36,512 nt of DNA from Acidobacteriota bacterium (lineage in GTDB: Bacteria > Acidobacteriota > Vicinamibacteria > Vicinamibacterales > UBA2999), in NCBI GenBank assembly GCA_021731095.1, contig JAKFYA010000236.1, positions 1 to 36,512 on the forward strand, in the 5' to 3' direction. Positions 15,945-26,565 of the stretch are shown here, piece after piece. The translations under genes were made by a program, and so were the position numbers. Position 1 is the stretch's first letter; each line of letters begins with the position of its first letter. The notes below the pieces were generated by a model. It made no database searches. It saw only the letters and a program-made list of their open reading frames with translations, and had not been told where the DNA came from.

Positions 15945-17044
15945 AGCTTGCCTACCTCATCCAGGCCGAGCGCCTGACGGACGCATGCCTGGGTCTGCTC
16001 TGGAGAAAACCGGTCCCTGATGGTGGCCATGGCCTCGGCCGACAGCCGGGCACGCCAGTGCGCGTCCGTCAGCAGGCGAATGATGGCCGCTGCCAGTCGA
16101 GCCCCGCCGTCCGTCTCCGGATCCACAATCACGCCGTCCACGCCGTGGGTGATGATCTCCTCGGGGGCGCCGGGTCGCGCCACGCACGGCGTGCCAGCCG
16201 CCATCGCTTCGAGATACACCAGTCCAAATCCCTCGCCGGCGCTGGGCATCACGAACGCAGAGGCGTCGCGATAGAGCGCCGCCAGCGTCGGCGCATCCAC
16301 GCGCCCGGTGAAGACGACGGCACCGGTCAGTCCTGCCCCACGGGCCACGGCCTCCAGCCTGGCCCGATCATCCCCGTCACCCGCAATGACGAGCCGGGCA
16401 TCAGCCACAGACTCGCGCACCCGAGGCCAGATGTCGAGCAGCGCGTCGTGGCCTTTGTACCGTTCCGCCGCGGACATCCGCCCCACAATCAGTGCGTACG
16501 GGCCGTCAATCGCCCGGTCACCCGCGGGCACGACCGGGGGCACACCGGGATGGCAGACCCGCACAGCCGCCGTTGCCAGCTCCGGATGTGTGGCGTGAAA
16601 CCGATCCACCGTGTGTCGCGAGATGGCAATGCGACACCAGGCCCGCTCCAGCGCCGCCCGCTCGCGCCGCCGCAGTGGCTTCCAGACTTCGATGCCGTAC
16701 ATCACGGCGGCCAGCCGCGCGCCACGGCGAAGCAGCGGCAGCGCCACGGCCAGCAGATGCACATGGAGACCGACCACCAGGGTCCTGGCACCGACCGCTG
16801 CGCACGTCAGGCCCCACCATGCGAATCTGACGCGACTGCCAGCCGCCGCTCGAAAGCCGATGGCCGGGTCCAACCCCTCGGGCCGCACCGCATCGGTGAG
16901 CGACCAGACCTCGAGGGCCCCTCCTGTCGCACGCATGGCATCCGCAAGCAGGGCCACATACTGCCGCGACACCTCGGCAATGCCGTCTGAGCCGGCGAGC
17001 CCTGGCGTGAGCACAATCACCCGACTCGTGGCCACTGCCTCCAT
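15938..17044 (-). CDS. GT4 glycosyltransferase
   Basis: YGIEVW, VGRM....YKGHD, MPSAGEGFGLVYLEAMAAG. Confidence 0.9.
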   Translation of the reverse strand: MEAVATSRVIVLTPGLAGSDGIAEVSRQYVALLADAMRATGGALEVWSLTDAVRPEGLDPAIGFRAAAGSRVRFAWWGLTCAAVGARTLVVGLHVHLLAVALPLLRRGARLAAVMYGIEVWKPLRRRERAALERAWCRIAISRHTVDRFHATHPELATAAVRVCHPGVPPVVPAGDRAIDGPYALIVGRMSAAERYKGHDALLDIWPRVRESVADARLVIAGDGDDRARLEAVARGAGLTGAVVFTGRVDAPTLAALYRDASAFVMPSAGEGFGLVYLEAMAAGTPCVARPGAPEEIITHGVDGVIVDPETDGGARLAAAIIRLLTDAHWRARLSAEAMATIRDRFSPEQTQACVRQALGLDEVGKLC

Positions 17045-18198
17045 CAGGCGCCCGCCGTGACCGGGCGCGCCGCGAGCACCGCGCGGTACTCCTGCTCGAA
17101 GCGTGCGGCAATAGCGTCCCAGCCGTAGGATGCCCGCGCCAACTCTCGACCGCGACGTCCCATGACCTGGGCCGCCGCCGGATCGGCCAGCAGTGACCCC
17201 AGGGCGGTCGCCAGCGCGTCGGCGGTCTGATCCACGACCAGGCCGGCCTGTCGTGGCGCCAGTTCCACCCAGCCACAGCTTCGCGTCACGACCACGGGCA
17301 CGGCCTCCGCCAGCGCTTCAAGCACCGTCAGACCGAAACTCTCTGAGTCTGAACAGAGGGCCAGTGCTGACGCCTGCGAGAGCAACCGGGTCCTGGTGGC
17401 CGGGTCGACGGCTCCGGTCCAGGTAATGCCCGCTGCCGCCGCTCCGGCCCTGGCGATCAGGCCTGCCTGCAGGCCCGCTTCATCGGGGCCTGCCACCACC
17501 AGGCGAGCCGCAGGCCACTGCGCGCGGATCCGCACAAAGGCATCGACCAGCAGGTCGAGCCGCTTGATGGGATGAATGCGGCCCACAAACAGAATGACGG
17601 GTGGACCATCCGGTCGTGGCGGCGCCACGTCCTCGGCGATGTCCACACCGTTGGGAATCAGCACCACGCGCGACGACGGGCTCCAGAGCTGAAGGCTCTC
17701 TGCCTCTCGTCTGGAGGTGGCATGCAGGAGCGCGGCTCCCTCAATGGTCTGTCGTTCAAGCAGCGAATAGGCCGCCCGCTTGCGCCAGGCGTGGTGGTCG
17801 AGCGCGGCCGACTGCAGCATGCCCCGCGGTGACAGCACATAGGGCACACCGGCCCGCCGGGCTTCGCGGGCCGCCGCCCACACGACACGGTTCCACAGGC
17901 CATGGATGTGCAGGACATCCGTGTCCGGCAGCGCTGTACGCAGCACGGGTGCCAGCGCACGCGAGCCGATGATGCGCAGCGGCCAGCTCCGGGGGCAGTA
18001 GGTGACCGGCACCCCTTCGAATGCTCCGGCCGTCGTCACGGCCTCCGGCAAGGCGCCGTCACCATTGGCGTCGGTGGAGTACACACGGACGTCTGTACCC
18101 AGGCGACGGAGCGCCCGACACAGACCATGAATGCTCGCCGGCGGTCCGCCATAGACGTAGGCCGGCGCGTAGTAGGCGGACACATGCGCGACCCTCAC
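17044..18198 (-). CDS. GT4 glycosyltransferase
   Basis: YGGP, HIHGLWN, SPRGML, FVGRIHPIKRL, ESFGLTVLEALA. Confidence 0.9.
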   Translation of the reverse strand: MRVAHVSAYYAPAYVYGGPPASIHGLCRALRRLGTDVRVYSTDANGDGALPEAVTTAGAFEGVPVTYCPRSWPLRIIGSRALAPVLRTALPDTDVLHIHGLWNRVVWAAAREARRAGVPYVLSPRGMLQSAALDHHAWRKRAAYSLLERQTIEGAALLHATSRREAESLQLWSPSSRVVLIPNGVDIAEDVAPPRPDGPPVILFVGRIHPIKRLDLLVDAFVRIRAQWPAARLVVAGPDEAGLQAGLIARAGAAAAGITWTGAVDPATRTRLLSQASALALCSDSESFGLTVLEALAEAVPVVVTRSCGWVELAPRQAGLVVDQTADALATALGSLLADPAAAQVMGRRGRELARASYGWDAIAARFEQEYRAVLAARPVTAGA

Positions 18199-19649
18199 GC
18201 CTTTCGACCTCCATCCGGACGATGAGGGTGAGCGGGAACCAGGGAGCGCTGCGCCTCCTGGGCCTCGTATTCACGCTCCTGTTCGTCGACCTCACGGGCG
18301 CGAATCAGCAGCCACCGATCCACGAGGTACGCCAGTCCGCCGACGTAGACCATGATGGTGAGACTGTCACCCAGCAACTTGGCAAAGGCCTTCTCGTACA
18401 GGTACAGCGTGATCCAGAACAACGCCATGGTGACCGACACCGCCAGTTCCCGATGAGCGATCGTCCGCAGGAACCACTCATAGGCGCCACCCATGAACGC
18501 CCCGTAGAGCAGGATCGGCAGGAACATCATCGGAATACCGAAGTCGAGGTACATCTCGGCTGCGTAACCGAACGCAATCGACGTGTCTGACTCGTCGCCA
18601 GCCACCCAGACGCCGGAATACTTCCGGACCAGTTCGCTTTCAGAGATCAGTGGCGGCTTGTCGGGAAACAGCAATCGGGGTGTCACGATGTGGAGCATCG
18701 TAGTGGCCAGCATCGAACCGTCGGTGTGCGGGAGCACCGACGGGACCCGGTTCACGGCCAGTGCCGGATAGTAGACAGCCGACGTCCGGTCGACAAAGGC
18801 GAATATGCTGTCGCGTGCAGTGGAGCCAGCCTGCGCGTACCAGTCGGTGAACAGGGCCTGCATCCGGGTGAGGCGTGCGCCACGCGACGCGGCGAAACCG
18901 GCATCGGCGAAATCCTCGCGATACTCGGCGCGGACGCCAATCCACATCACGGCTGCAAACAGGAGTGTCACCCCCAGCACACCAACGGCCACGACATGGT
19001 CGCTCCGCTTGCGGTCGAATACCTCCAGCAGCGCCAGTGTTGCCAGCAGGAGAGGCTCCTTGAAACCCGAGAAGTAGCCGGTGAAGCCCAGCGCCACCTC
19101 CACTGTCAGCAGAGCGATGACCAGGTCCCACCGGAACGTCGGGCGCATGAGTCGCCGCAGGACCAGCGACACCACGGCAAGGCGCCCCAACGACAACGCC
19201 ACCACCGCCTGCCGGAGCGGCTCGAACACGCCGGCCAGTTCCTGCAGTACGCCGGTCAGGGCCAGGGCGACACCGTAGATGACGAGCAGGGTGCTGAACG
19301 AGACCATCTCCTCGGGCGTCAGCTCGGGATAGGCCTTCCGCTGCTGCATGGCACGCAGGCCGATGATGAGCCCGATCGTCAGGGCCGCAACCGAGCCCAG
19401 TCCCATCACCATGGTCGTCCCGTAGGCCGGAATCTCCTCGATCGCCATCACCTCGCCGGTGAGGAAGGTATAGAAGGGGCCGATGGCCACCTGCATCCAC
19501 TGGGTGGTCATCGCCAGCTTCAGGACCGGCGGGCCTTCGGAGTTGGGGATGCCTTTCCAGATCAGCAGCAACACCGCCACGCTGGCGCCGTGGATCCAGC
19601 TGCCACACGCGTAGGTGACGATGGCGACGATGGCGAGGTCAAGAATCAT
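18195..19649 (-). CDS. Polytopic membrane protein, putative Wzy-type polysaccharide polymerase
   Basis: About 10 hydrophobic segments, a large loop with PRLLFPDKP, and EMYLDFG; located among GT genes. Confidence 0.6.
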   Translation of the reverse strand: MILDLAIVAIVTYACGSWIHGASVAVLLLIWKGIPNSEGPPVLKLAMTTQWMQVAIGPFYTFLTGEVMAIEEIPAYGTTMVMGLGSVAALTIGLIIGLRAMQQRKAYPELTPEEMVSFSTLLVIYGVALALTGVLQELAGVFEPLRQAVVALSLGRLAVVSLVLRRLMRPTFRWDLVIALLTVEVALGFTGYFSGFKEPLLLATLALLEVFDRKRSDHVVAVGVLGVTLLFAAVMWIGVRAEYREDFADAGFAASRGARLTRMQALFTDWYAQAGSTARDSIFAFVDRTSAVYYPALAVNRVPSVLPHTDGSMLATTMLHIVTPRLLFPDKPPLISESELVRKYSGVWVAGDESDTSIAFGYAAEMYLDFGIPMMFLPILLYGAFMGGAYEWFLRTIAHRELAVSVTMALFWITLYLYEKAFAKLLGDSLTIMVYVGGLAYLVDRWLLIRAREVDEQEREYEAQEAQRSLVPAHPHRPDGGRKA

Positions 19650-22078
19650 GGGCCGGCTCTCTCTGTGGCAGACAGGACGACATCGGCGGAGCGAGGCGAG
19701 ACCCCGAAGACCTCGAGCCAGGCGGACCAGAACCGCTCACGAGTGAAGCGCCCGGCTGAGGCTCGCGCGGACCGCGAGGCCAGGTCCAGTCGATCGCCGT
19801 CGCCCAGGAAGAATCTGATCCCCTCCATTATGGCGTCCACCGTGGCCTCCGAACAGACCCAACCATCCACGCCGTGTTCCACCAGTTCCGGAAGTGCCCC
19901 GCTCGCCGTCACGACAGAGGGGACGCCAGCCATCTTTGCCTCGACCGTCACGACACCAAACCCTTCGCGAATTTCCGGCAACGAGGGGCAGCAGTGAAGT
20001 CCCGCGGCTGCCAGCAGCGCGGGCACATCCCTCCGGACGCCCAGAAAGCGCACGTGGCCCTGGAGGTCGGGTTCGGTCGCTCTGGCGCGAAGCTGCGCTT
20101 TGTAGCCCACCCACGCCTCGGGCTCCCACCCGTCGATGTTGCCCACGATGTCGAGCGTGACCGGGAGGCCCTGCGCGCGCAGGCCAGCTACCGCATCGAG
20201 AAGCAGATGCGCCCCTTTCGGGGGAATGAGCTGACCCACATACAGGACGCGGAGCCGGTCCCGCGCGGCGACACCGGCCACAGGCAGAGACCTGGTCGGC
20301 GCGGCGTTGTAGATCATCCGAATCTTCCGAGGCGGCACCCCGTGGGCCATCAGGGCATCCTGCGTGAAGCGGGAGTTGGCGACGATCACGTCCACCACCG
20401 GACTGACCAGCCACCGCCAGACCTTCTGGTAAAACCGTCCCTCCTCTGGCGCATTGCCCAGTCGCAGAATCACGCGCACACCACACCACCGGAGCAGGAC
20501 GAGCGCAGGCAGGTTCCGGAGGGCGGCGCCATATTCCGGCAGCGCGACATGGGTGGCGCGCATCCGGACCGCGTCGCGGAGCAGGCCACCGCTGGTGCAG
20601 GCGATGTCCCAGAGCACGCGTGCGACCGAGAGCAGCGTCTGCTTGCGGCGACGAATCTCGTAGTAGTAGTACCCGGTGGACCAGCTGGCGCCAATGTCCT
20701 CAGCGAGCTCGACGATGGGGCTGCTCTCCCATCGGTTCACGATGCAGTGCACCTGCACCCCTTCATGACGCAGGGCGCGCAGCACCTCGAAGGTCATGCG
20801 CTCGAGGCCGTACACCGACACCATGTTTCCGCAGCACTCAATGACGCGGGGGGCGGCCCGGCCCGGCTTCGGCACCCGCCGCATGGCGAGCACGCGGCGG
20901 CTCATGGCAATCAGGCCGTCCGTCGCCGCCCCGAAATTGAACGGGGCCACCCTGGCTCGGCATTGGCGGGAGACGTCGTCGCCCTCGGCTCTTGCCTGAT
21001 GCACCGCGTGAAGCAGGCCCGACATGGCCTCTACATCGCCCACCGGTACCACCCAGCCGCCGTCGCCGCCCGCAACCAGGTCACGCGCGGCGCCGACACG
21101 GTCGGTCACGATGCAGGGCAGACCCGAGGCCAGCGCCTCGTTCACCACCATGCCCCACGTCTCGGATGCGCTCGGCAGCAGCAGGCAGTCCGCCGCAGCG
21201 AACATGCCGGGCATCTCGGACTGGTTGACGAAGCCGCGCATGGCCACGCGCACACCGACCAGCGCGGCCTCTGCCCTGACGGCGTCGGCCAGTTCACCGT
21301 CTCCCGCTACCAGCAGGACGACCGAAGGGCCAGCCAGGGCGACGGCCCGGACCGCATCAATGGGCCGCTTGATGGGTTGCAGTTTGCCGGCGAACAGCAC
21401 GACCAGATCAGACGGAGCTGCACCAATGTCTCGCCGGAGACGCTCGCGTGTTCCGTCTCGTCTGCGCGTGTCAACCTCGGTGGCCATGCGGTGGTTGTCG
21501 ACCGCATGGGGGGACGAGGCGATGAGTGGCTCGGGAACCCCGAACGCCCGGAGGTATTCGCGTGCCGCCGCACCCACGTTGAGGTAGCCATCAAAGAGCC
21601 GCAGCATGGCGCGCGTTTTGACGCGCCAGAGCAACCGGCGCACCCCGGAGGGGCCGCTCTCGAGCGTCGAATCACCCCGGTACAACACCGGCACCTTCAG
21701 TCGTCGGCACGCTCGCAGCGCCCGCACCTGCATCGCAGCATGCCAGCCCGGCACGACCACCACGTCCGGGTTCGTGGACGCAATCCGATCCCCAATGTCC
21801 GGCACGTCCACACCGAAGAAGTGCGCGCTGCCGAACTGCATCCCGTCGGCGGCTCCACACACGACGAAATCATAGCCCTCGGTCAGCGGGACATCCCACG
21901 CGAACGGCCGGCCAAAGCCCTCACCCTGCTGCGCGGGCGTCGGAATGGCGGCGTAAATGACCGTGAGTGCCACATCCGGTCTGTGTGCGGCGATGTAGCG
22001 GAACCAGGGCGAGAAGTACTGCACCGGATGGGTCAGCACCATCGTCACCCGCAGGGCTGCGCCCACCATGCGTTTCAT
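19646..22078 (-). CDS. Two-domain (GT4-GT4) fusion glycosyltransferase, about 810 aa
   Basis: Two GT4 signatures: ETWGMVVNEALASG and EGFGVVTVEAKMAG. ATG 22078 overlaps the upstream TGA. Confidence 0.88.
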   Translation of the reverse strand: MKRMVGAALRVTMVLTHPVQYFSPWFRYIAAHRPDVALTVIYAAIPTPAQQGEGFGRPFAWDVPLTEGYDFVVCGAADGMQFGSAHFFGVDVPDIGDRIASTNPDVVVVPGWHAAMQVRALRACRRLKVPVLYRGDSTLESGPSGVRRLLWRVKTRAMLRLFDGYLNVGAAAREYLRAFGVPEPLIASSPHAVDNHRMATEVDTRRRDGTRERLRRDIGAAPSDLVVLFAGKLQPIKRPIDAVRAVALAGPSVVLLVAGDGELADAVRAEAALVGVRVAMRGFVNQSEMPGMFAAADCLLLPSASETWGMVVNEALASGLPCIVTDRVGAARDLVAGGDGGWVVPVGDVEAMSGLLHAVHQARAEGDDVSRQCRARVAPFNFGAATDGLIAMSRRVLAMRRVPKPGRAAPRVIECCGNMVSVYGLERMTFEVLRALRHEGVQVHCIVNRWESSPIVELAEDIGASWSTGYYYYEIRRRKQTLLSVARVLWDIACTSGGLLRDAVRMRATHVALPEYGAALRNLPALVLLRWCGVRVILRLGNAPEEGRFYQKVWRWLVSPVVDVIVANSRFTQDALMAHGVPPRKIRMIYNAAPTRSLPVAGVAARDRLRVLYVGQLIPPKGAHLLLDAVAGLRAQGLPVTLDIVGNIDGWEPEAWVGYKAQLRARATEPDLQGHVRFLGVRRDVPALLAAAGLHCCPSLPEIREGFGVVTVEAKMAGVPSVVTASGALPELVEHGVDGWVCSEATVDAIMEGIRFFLGDGDRLDLASRSARASAGRFTRERFWSAWLEVFGVSPRSADVVLSATERAGP

Positions 22079-23367
22079 GCGCACACCGCGTCGAACACCT
22101 GGCCCAGACGTCCGGCCAGGGCCTCGGCCGACCAGGGCTGCCATGCGGCAGGAATGGGACAGTTCCCGGCTTTCGGGGCCATTGCCCGCTGTTCGAGTGC
22201 GCGGGAGATGGCCGGCACCAGCGCCGTCAACTCTGACGGACCGGCAAAGCTGAAGGCGGTCGCGGCTGGATGCCCGGCCAGGTGTGACGTGACCGTGCTG
22301 GCCGCGTGGTGCACCGCCAGCATGGGCCGTCCGGCGAGCAGCGCCGCGAAGACCTTGCTCGGCGTGTAGTGCGGTTCGTCGCTCCCCATCAGCAGCGTGG
22401 CGTCGGCGTCCATCAGCACACGCAGCGCATCCAGATAGTCCAGGCGCGACGGCTCCTCAGTCACGACATCGTCGACGCCGGCGCGTTGCGCCTCTGGCAT
22501 GACGCGTGGACGCTGATGGGCGCCGCGCTGGTTGCTCGTGCCGAAGAAGTGCACGCGCACGCGGGCATAGGCCTGCGGCGCCCGCTGCCTGAGATCAGCG
22601 AGAGCCATCAGCACGACCCGCAACACGCCCACGCCGGCGGGCAACAAGGTGCCGACGTAGCAGAAGTGCACGCACCCGTCGTCCGGTGCGAACCAGCCGT
22701 TCTGCCAGGGCCGTCGGGAGGCCACATCCCGGTCGGCCGGCTCGAACCCGATGGGCAATTCGTCGACCACCCGCGGAGTCAGGCCGGGATACCGGGCCAA
22801 CGCCTCCTGGTAGGTCCGCGCCGACACGGCCGTCACCGCGTCGGCGCCTGCCAGCGCACGCGGCTCAAGGGTCGTCGCCAGCGCGCGGCTGGCACGACTC
22901 CGCAGGTCGGCATGCCCGTCCGGGCCGGTGGTCAGCCCCCAGGAGCCAACCCACGGATCCTGATAGTCCAGCACGAACGGCACGCCGTGCCGGCGTTTCG
23001 GTCGCGGCCCCATCAGGGCCGTATAGGTCGGGTAGATCGTGATGAACAGGGCCTGGTAGTGCCCTGACGCCAGCAGCGCATCGGCCGCACGGTACAGCGG
23101 AACGAACGCCCGGAGCCCGAGATCGCCAACGCCGGCCGCCCGCGTCAGGCGCGATGGCCACGCAGCCACGCGACGCACCTCCAGCTCGTCCGCCACCAGC
23201 CCGGCCAGCCCGGAGTCGAGTCTGGTCTCGTGGCTCTCCGGCGTGACTGTCAGCACCGTCGGTGCCCACCCGACGGCCGCCAGGCGCGGCGCCAGCAGGC
23301 GCACGCGATGAGTGCCGGCGCTGCTGTCGGGTGGAAAGTGCGGGCTGACCATCAGGACACGGCGCAT
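22075..23367 (-). CDS. GT4-like glycosyltransferase
   Basis: SPHFPP...GTHR, LDYQDPW, YVGTL, PSKVF..L..GRP. Confidence 0.85.
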   Translation of the reverse strand: MRRVLMVSPHFPPDSSAGTHRVRLLAPRLAAVGWAPTVLTVTPESHETRLDSGLAGLVADELEVRRVAAWPSRLTRAAGVGDLGLRAFVPLYRAADALLASGHYQALFITIYPTYTALMGPRPKRRHGVPFVLDYQDPWVGSWGLTTGPDGHADLRSRASRALATTLEPRALAGADAVTAVSARTYQEALARYPGLTPRVVDELPIGFEPADRDVASRRPWQNGWFAPDDGCVHFCYVGTLLPAGVGVLRVVLMALADLRQRAPQAYARVRVHFFGTSNQRGAHQRPRVMPEAQRAGVDDVVTEEPSRLDYLDALRVLMDADATLLMGSDEPHYTPSKVFAALLAGRPMLAVHHAASTVTSHLAGHPAATAFSFAGPSELTALVPAISRALEQRAMAPKAGNCPIPAAWQPWSAEALAGRLGQVFDAVCA

Positions 23368-23368
23368 G

Positions 23369-24406
23369 TCACCCGGCCAGGAGGCGGTCGTACAACGCGA
23401 GATACTCGCCGATGATCACCTCGTCACTGAAGCGCCGGACGCCCTCCTCCCGACACACGCGGCGGTCAATCGAGGGCAGCGCCTCCACACACCTGGCCAT
23501 CTCCTCGACCGTTGCGCAGAGAAAGCCGGTGCGGCCATGGTCGATGCCCTCCGGCATGCCGCCCCGACTGAAGGCAATGACCGGCGTGCCACACAGCAGG
23601 GCCTCAGGAAGGATGACGGGGAACGGCTCCTCCCATTCGATCGGCGACAGCAGGGCGGCGGCGCTGCCAAGCAACGCATTCTTGTCGGCATTGCCGACCG
23701 GGCCGATGTACTCGACGAGGCGTCCGTCCATGCGGGGTCGCAGTTCCTGCTCGAAGTACGCACGCTCTTCAGGCAGCGTGGAGATGTTCCCGGCAATCAC
23801 CAGCCGGCGCCCAAGCCGCTCTGCCACGTCAATGGCGGCATGGGCGCCCTTGCAGCGCTCCAGGCGTCCCAGAAATGCCAGCGGCGCCGTTCGCGCGTCA
23901 ACGTCGTAGCGGGGGGCATACAGGTCTGGCCGCGCGCAGTTGTAGATGACACTCCACGCCCCGCCACCAGGCGCTCCTGTGCGACGAATGGCGTCGCTCA
24001 CGGCGGTGAAGTGGAGACGACGCGCACCAGCGCGCTCAGCCAGTCGCATGTTCGCCGGGTTGACGCGACGCATGTAGGTCTGGACCTTGGCCACGTCCGA
24101 GCGGAAGATGCCGGCCAGATAGGCCAGTCGTCCGAAGTTGTGGACCACGTCGAAGCGGTCGCCGCCCGTCCAGAAGCGACTGGTCACCAGCGCCACGTTC
24201 CGCAGGTTGCTCCAGCGCGTCCACTCCCCCTCCCGGCCAAAGGCTTCCAGCGTCGCGCGTGACGAGGACCCGGGCGCGGCCCAGAGCGTGACCTCGTGGC
24301 CCCGTTGACACAACCCGTCCGCCAGGTCGGACACCACGCGCTCGATGCCGCCGTAGTGCTCGGGCGGGACCTTGATGAGCGGATCCATCAGCAGCAGAAT
24401 GCGCAT
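23369..24406 (-). CDS. GT4 glycosyltransferase
   Basis: VPPEHYGGIERVV, FLGRL...KG, WEEPFPVILPEALLCGTPV. Confidence 0.92.
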   Translation of the reverse strand: MRILLLMDPLIKVPPEHYGGIERVVSDLADGLCQRGHEVTLWAAPGSSSRATLEAFGREGEWTRWSNLRNVALVTSRFWTGGDRFDVVHNFGRLAYLAGIFRSDVAKVQTYMRRVNPANMRLAERAGARRLHFTAVSDAIRRTGAPGGGAWSVIYNCARPDLYAPRYDVDARTAPLAFLGRLERCKGAHAAIDVAERLGRRLVIAGNISTLPEERAYFEQELRPRMDGRLVEYIGPVGNADKNALLGSAAALLSPIEWEEPFPVILPEALLCGTPVIAFSRGGMPEGIDHGRTGFLCATVEEMARCVEALPSIDRRVCREEGVRRFSDEVIIGEYLALYDRLLAG

Positions 24407-25651
24407 TCACATCACCCGTTCGGTCGCCGCCACAAGCGCCTCGCGCTCCTGTGGATGCTCCCAGTGCCAGCGGCGACGTGCCGCCTCCCAGGAGGCTTCG
24501 CGTGCCCGTGTCAGGGCGGCCCGGTCTGCCACCCAGGCGGACAGCCCATCGGCCAGCCGGTCCACCGCTCCCTCAGGAAATCGCACGCAGGCGTCGCCGA
24601 GGCTGTCGGCCAGCGTCCGCTGTCCCTCCGTCTCTGTCAGCACCAGTGCCAACCCCGACAGTGGATAGGTGAGGGCCTTGTTGGACAGCGCCAGGCCACG
24701 GTTCCGGGGCATGCGGGCCTCTGTCGCCAGGCCAGCGTCGCAGTGCCGCCCGTCCTCGGCCATGGCATCGGGATCAGAGGGCGCATGGACGCAGAGCCGC
24801 AATGCTGGCGCCACGCGCGCGGCGTGACGGCCCAGCTGCTCCAGGTATCCGGGCACGCCGGAGCCCCGCACGTGCAGTTCGCACAGTCGCCCCTGTTGCA
24901 GCCGGCCCGTCGCGGTCGCCACGTCCTCGAGGCCTCGCCCCGGGCTGATGGTCTGGCTGAACCAGTAGAGCTTCAGCGGTCCGCTGGTCGGTTCCGGGGG
25001 ACGCCCCCAGGCCAGAGGAAACACGTTGTGAATCGGCAGCACCGGCAGATGGAACTCCGCGCTGACCGCCTCGGCAATCGCTGCGCTGCCTCCGGTCAGA
25101 AACGCCGCGCGAGGCGCCACCTCCGCCATGACGAGGCGGGCAAGCGCGTCGTGGCGCGCGCCGGCCGCGCCAGCTTCGCCCTGGGCACAGTGCAGGTCCT
25201 CGAAGTCGATGCCGCACGGAGTGCCGCTCTGTGCCGAGGCCTCGGCGATAGCCGAGAGCGCCCCGGTGGTGCCACCGTAGATCACGTCTGTCGGCTCTCG
25301 GAGAATGGCCTCGACCAGCGCGCCATGTACCCGGCTGAACGCCTGTACGACAGCCCAGTGTGGGCGGACGGGAGACGGCAGCGACAGCAACCGTTCGGCC
25401 ACGCGGTGACGAAGTGCCGTGACCAGCCACCGTGCGGGAGCCGCCTCACGACGAACCTCCACCGGATCCCACCGCCACCCGTGCCGTGCCTGGAGCGCGA
25501 CGTCGTAGGCCCCGGCCCACGCGGCGTTCGGCGTGTTGACGACGCGGACATCCCAGCCAGCCCAGGCAAACGCGTCGGCCGCTTTCACGGCACGCGGACA
25601 GGTGGCCAGGCTGCCGGCTGCCACGACAGTGACCCGTCGAGGACGGGTCAC
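24407..25651 (-). CDS. Putative GT-B glycosyltransferase
   Basis: CPRAVKAA, DFEDLH, WFSQTISPGRGLE, LSNK..TY..SGL. GTG 25651 overlaps the upstream stop (GTGA). Confidence 0.7.
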   Translation of the reverse strand: MTRPRRVTVVAAGSLATCPRAVKAADAFAWAGWDVRVVNTPNAAWAGAYDVALQARHGWRWDPVEVRREAAPARWLVTALRHRVAERLLSLPSPVRPHWAVVQAFSRVHGALVEAILREPTDVIYGGTTGALSAIAEASAQSGTPCGIDFEDLHCAQGEAGAAGARHDALARLVMAEVAPRAAFLTGGSAAIAEAVSAEFHLPVLPIHNVFPLAWGRPPEPTSGPLKLYWFSQTISPGRGLEDVATATGRLQQGRLCELHVRGSGVPGYLEQLGRHAARVAPALRLCVHAPSDPDAMAEDGRHCDAGLATEARMPRNRGLALSNKALTYPLSGLALVLTETEGQRTLADSLGDACVRFPEGAVDRLADGLSAWVADRAALTRAREASWEAARRRWHWEHPQEREALVAATERVM

Positions 25652-26565
25652 GGGCCCAGCCTCGGCCACGAGACGGCCAGCCGATGCGCCAGTTCCGCGC
25701 CGCCGACACTGTCAAGCATCAGAAACCGCCGCTGTTCGTACCGGCGCCGGCTCGGGCAGGTGAACGCCTCACCCACCGCAAACCCGTCGCTGAAGTACCG
25801 GGCCACGCATGCCGCGGTCTCGTCCGTGAAGTCGAGACCCGGCCGACCGTTCGGATAGGCGAACAGTTCGGGTGCGACACCCAGCCACTCGGACAGCATG
25901 GTCCGGCTGCCCGCGATCTGGCGCTCCTGCACGTCGGCCGGTGCGGCAGCGAGGATCGGATGGTCCACGGTGTGGGCCCCGATTTCGACGAGCGGATGTG
26001 AAGCAAGGGCCTGCAGTTGCGCCACCGACAATGGGGCGAGCGGATGTGCCGCATCAGCGGACATCGCCGCTGCGTCCACGGCACGACGCCACGCGTCGTA
26101 CGGCTGGCCCTTGAGTTGGTCCACGCGACCGGAACCGGCCTGCATCTCCACCGCGTCGTACCAGAAGTGCTCGCGCCGCGCAATGGGACCGGTGCACACG
26201 AACACCACGGCCGGAATCGCGTACTGCTCGAGCACGGGAATGCCATGCGTCAGCACGCCGGCATACCCATCATCGAAGGTCACCAGAACCGCGCGCGGAG
26301 GCGCCGTCTCCGCCCCGGCGGCAATGCGGAGGAAGCGTGCGCCATCAATGGGCGTGCAATGCGAGCGCAGCACGGCGCAATGTGCCGCCAGTGTGGACGC
26401 ACGCACGTGCAGTGGCCCACCAGGCGCGCCGGCATCCCGTGTCTCATCCGCCAGCACTCCGTGATAGGCGAGGACCGCTACTCCCGGGAAGGGTGCGTCG
26501 AGCAGGCGCCTCCGGTAGACGCCCAGTCCGGCCAGCGACCGCTTCAGGATGTGTCCAGCGCGCAT
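25648..26565 (-). CDS. Polysaccharide deacetylase (CE4/NodB family)
   Basis: LAYHGV, VTFDDGY, GAHTVDHP, FAYPNG. Start at ATG 26565 (or GTG 26568), coupled to the upstream stop. Confidence 0.92.
   Translation of the reverse strand: MRAGHILKRSLAGLGVYRRRLLDAPFPGVAVLAYHGVLADETRDAGAPGGPLHVRASTLAAHCAVLRSHCTPIDGARFLRIAAGAETAPPRAVLVTFDDGYAGVLTHGIPVLEQYAIPAVVFVCTGPIARREHFWYDAVEMQAGSGRVDQLKGQPYDAWRRAVDAAAMSADAAHPLAPLSVAQLQALASHPLVEIGAHTVDHPILAAAPADVQERQIAGSRTMLSEWLGVAPELFAYPNGRPGLDFTDETAACVARYFSDGFAVGEAFTCPSRRRYEQRRFLMLDSVGGAELAHRLAVSWPRLGP

Noticed and set aside
19874-22369. Long antisense ORFs (831 aa here; also 2647-4446, 7418-8764, 24296-25858, 27758-29287)
   Set aside because: Shadow ORFs typical of high-GC coding DNA; no motifs, and each lies fully opposite well-supported genes.
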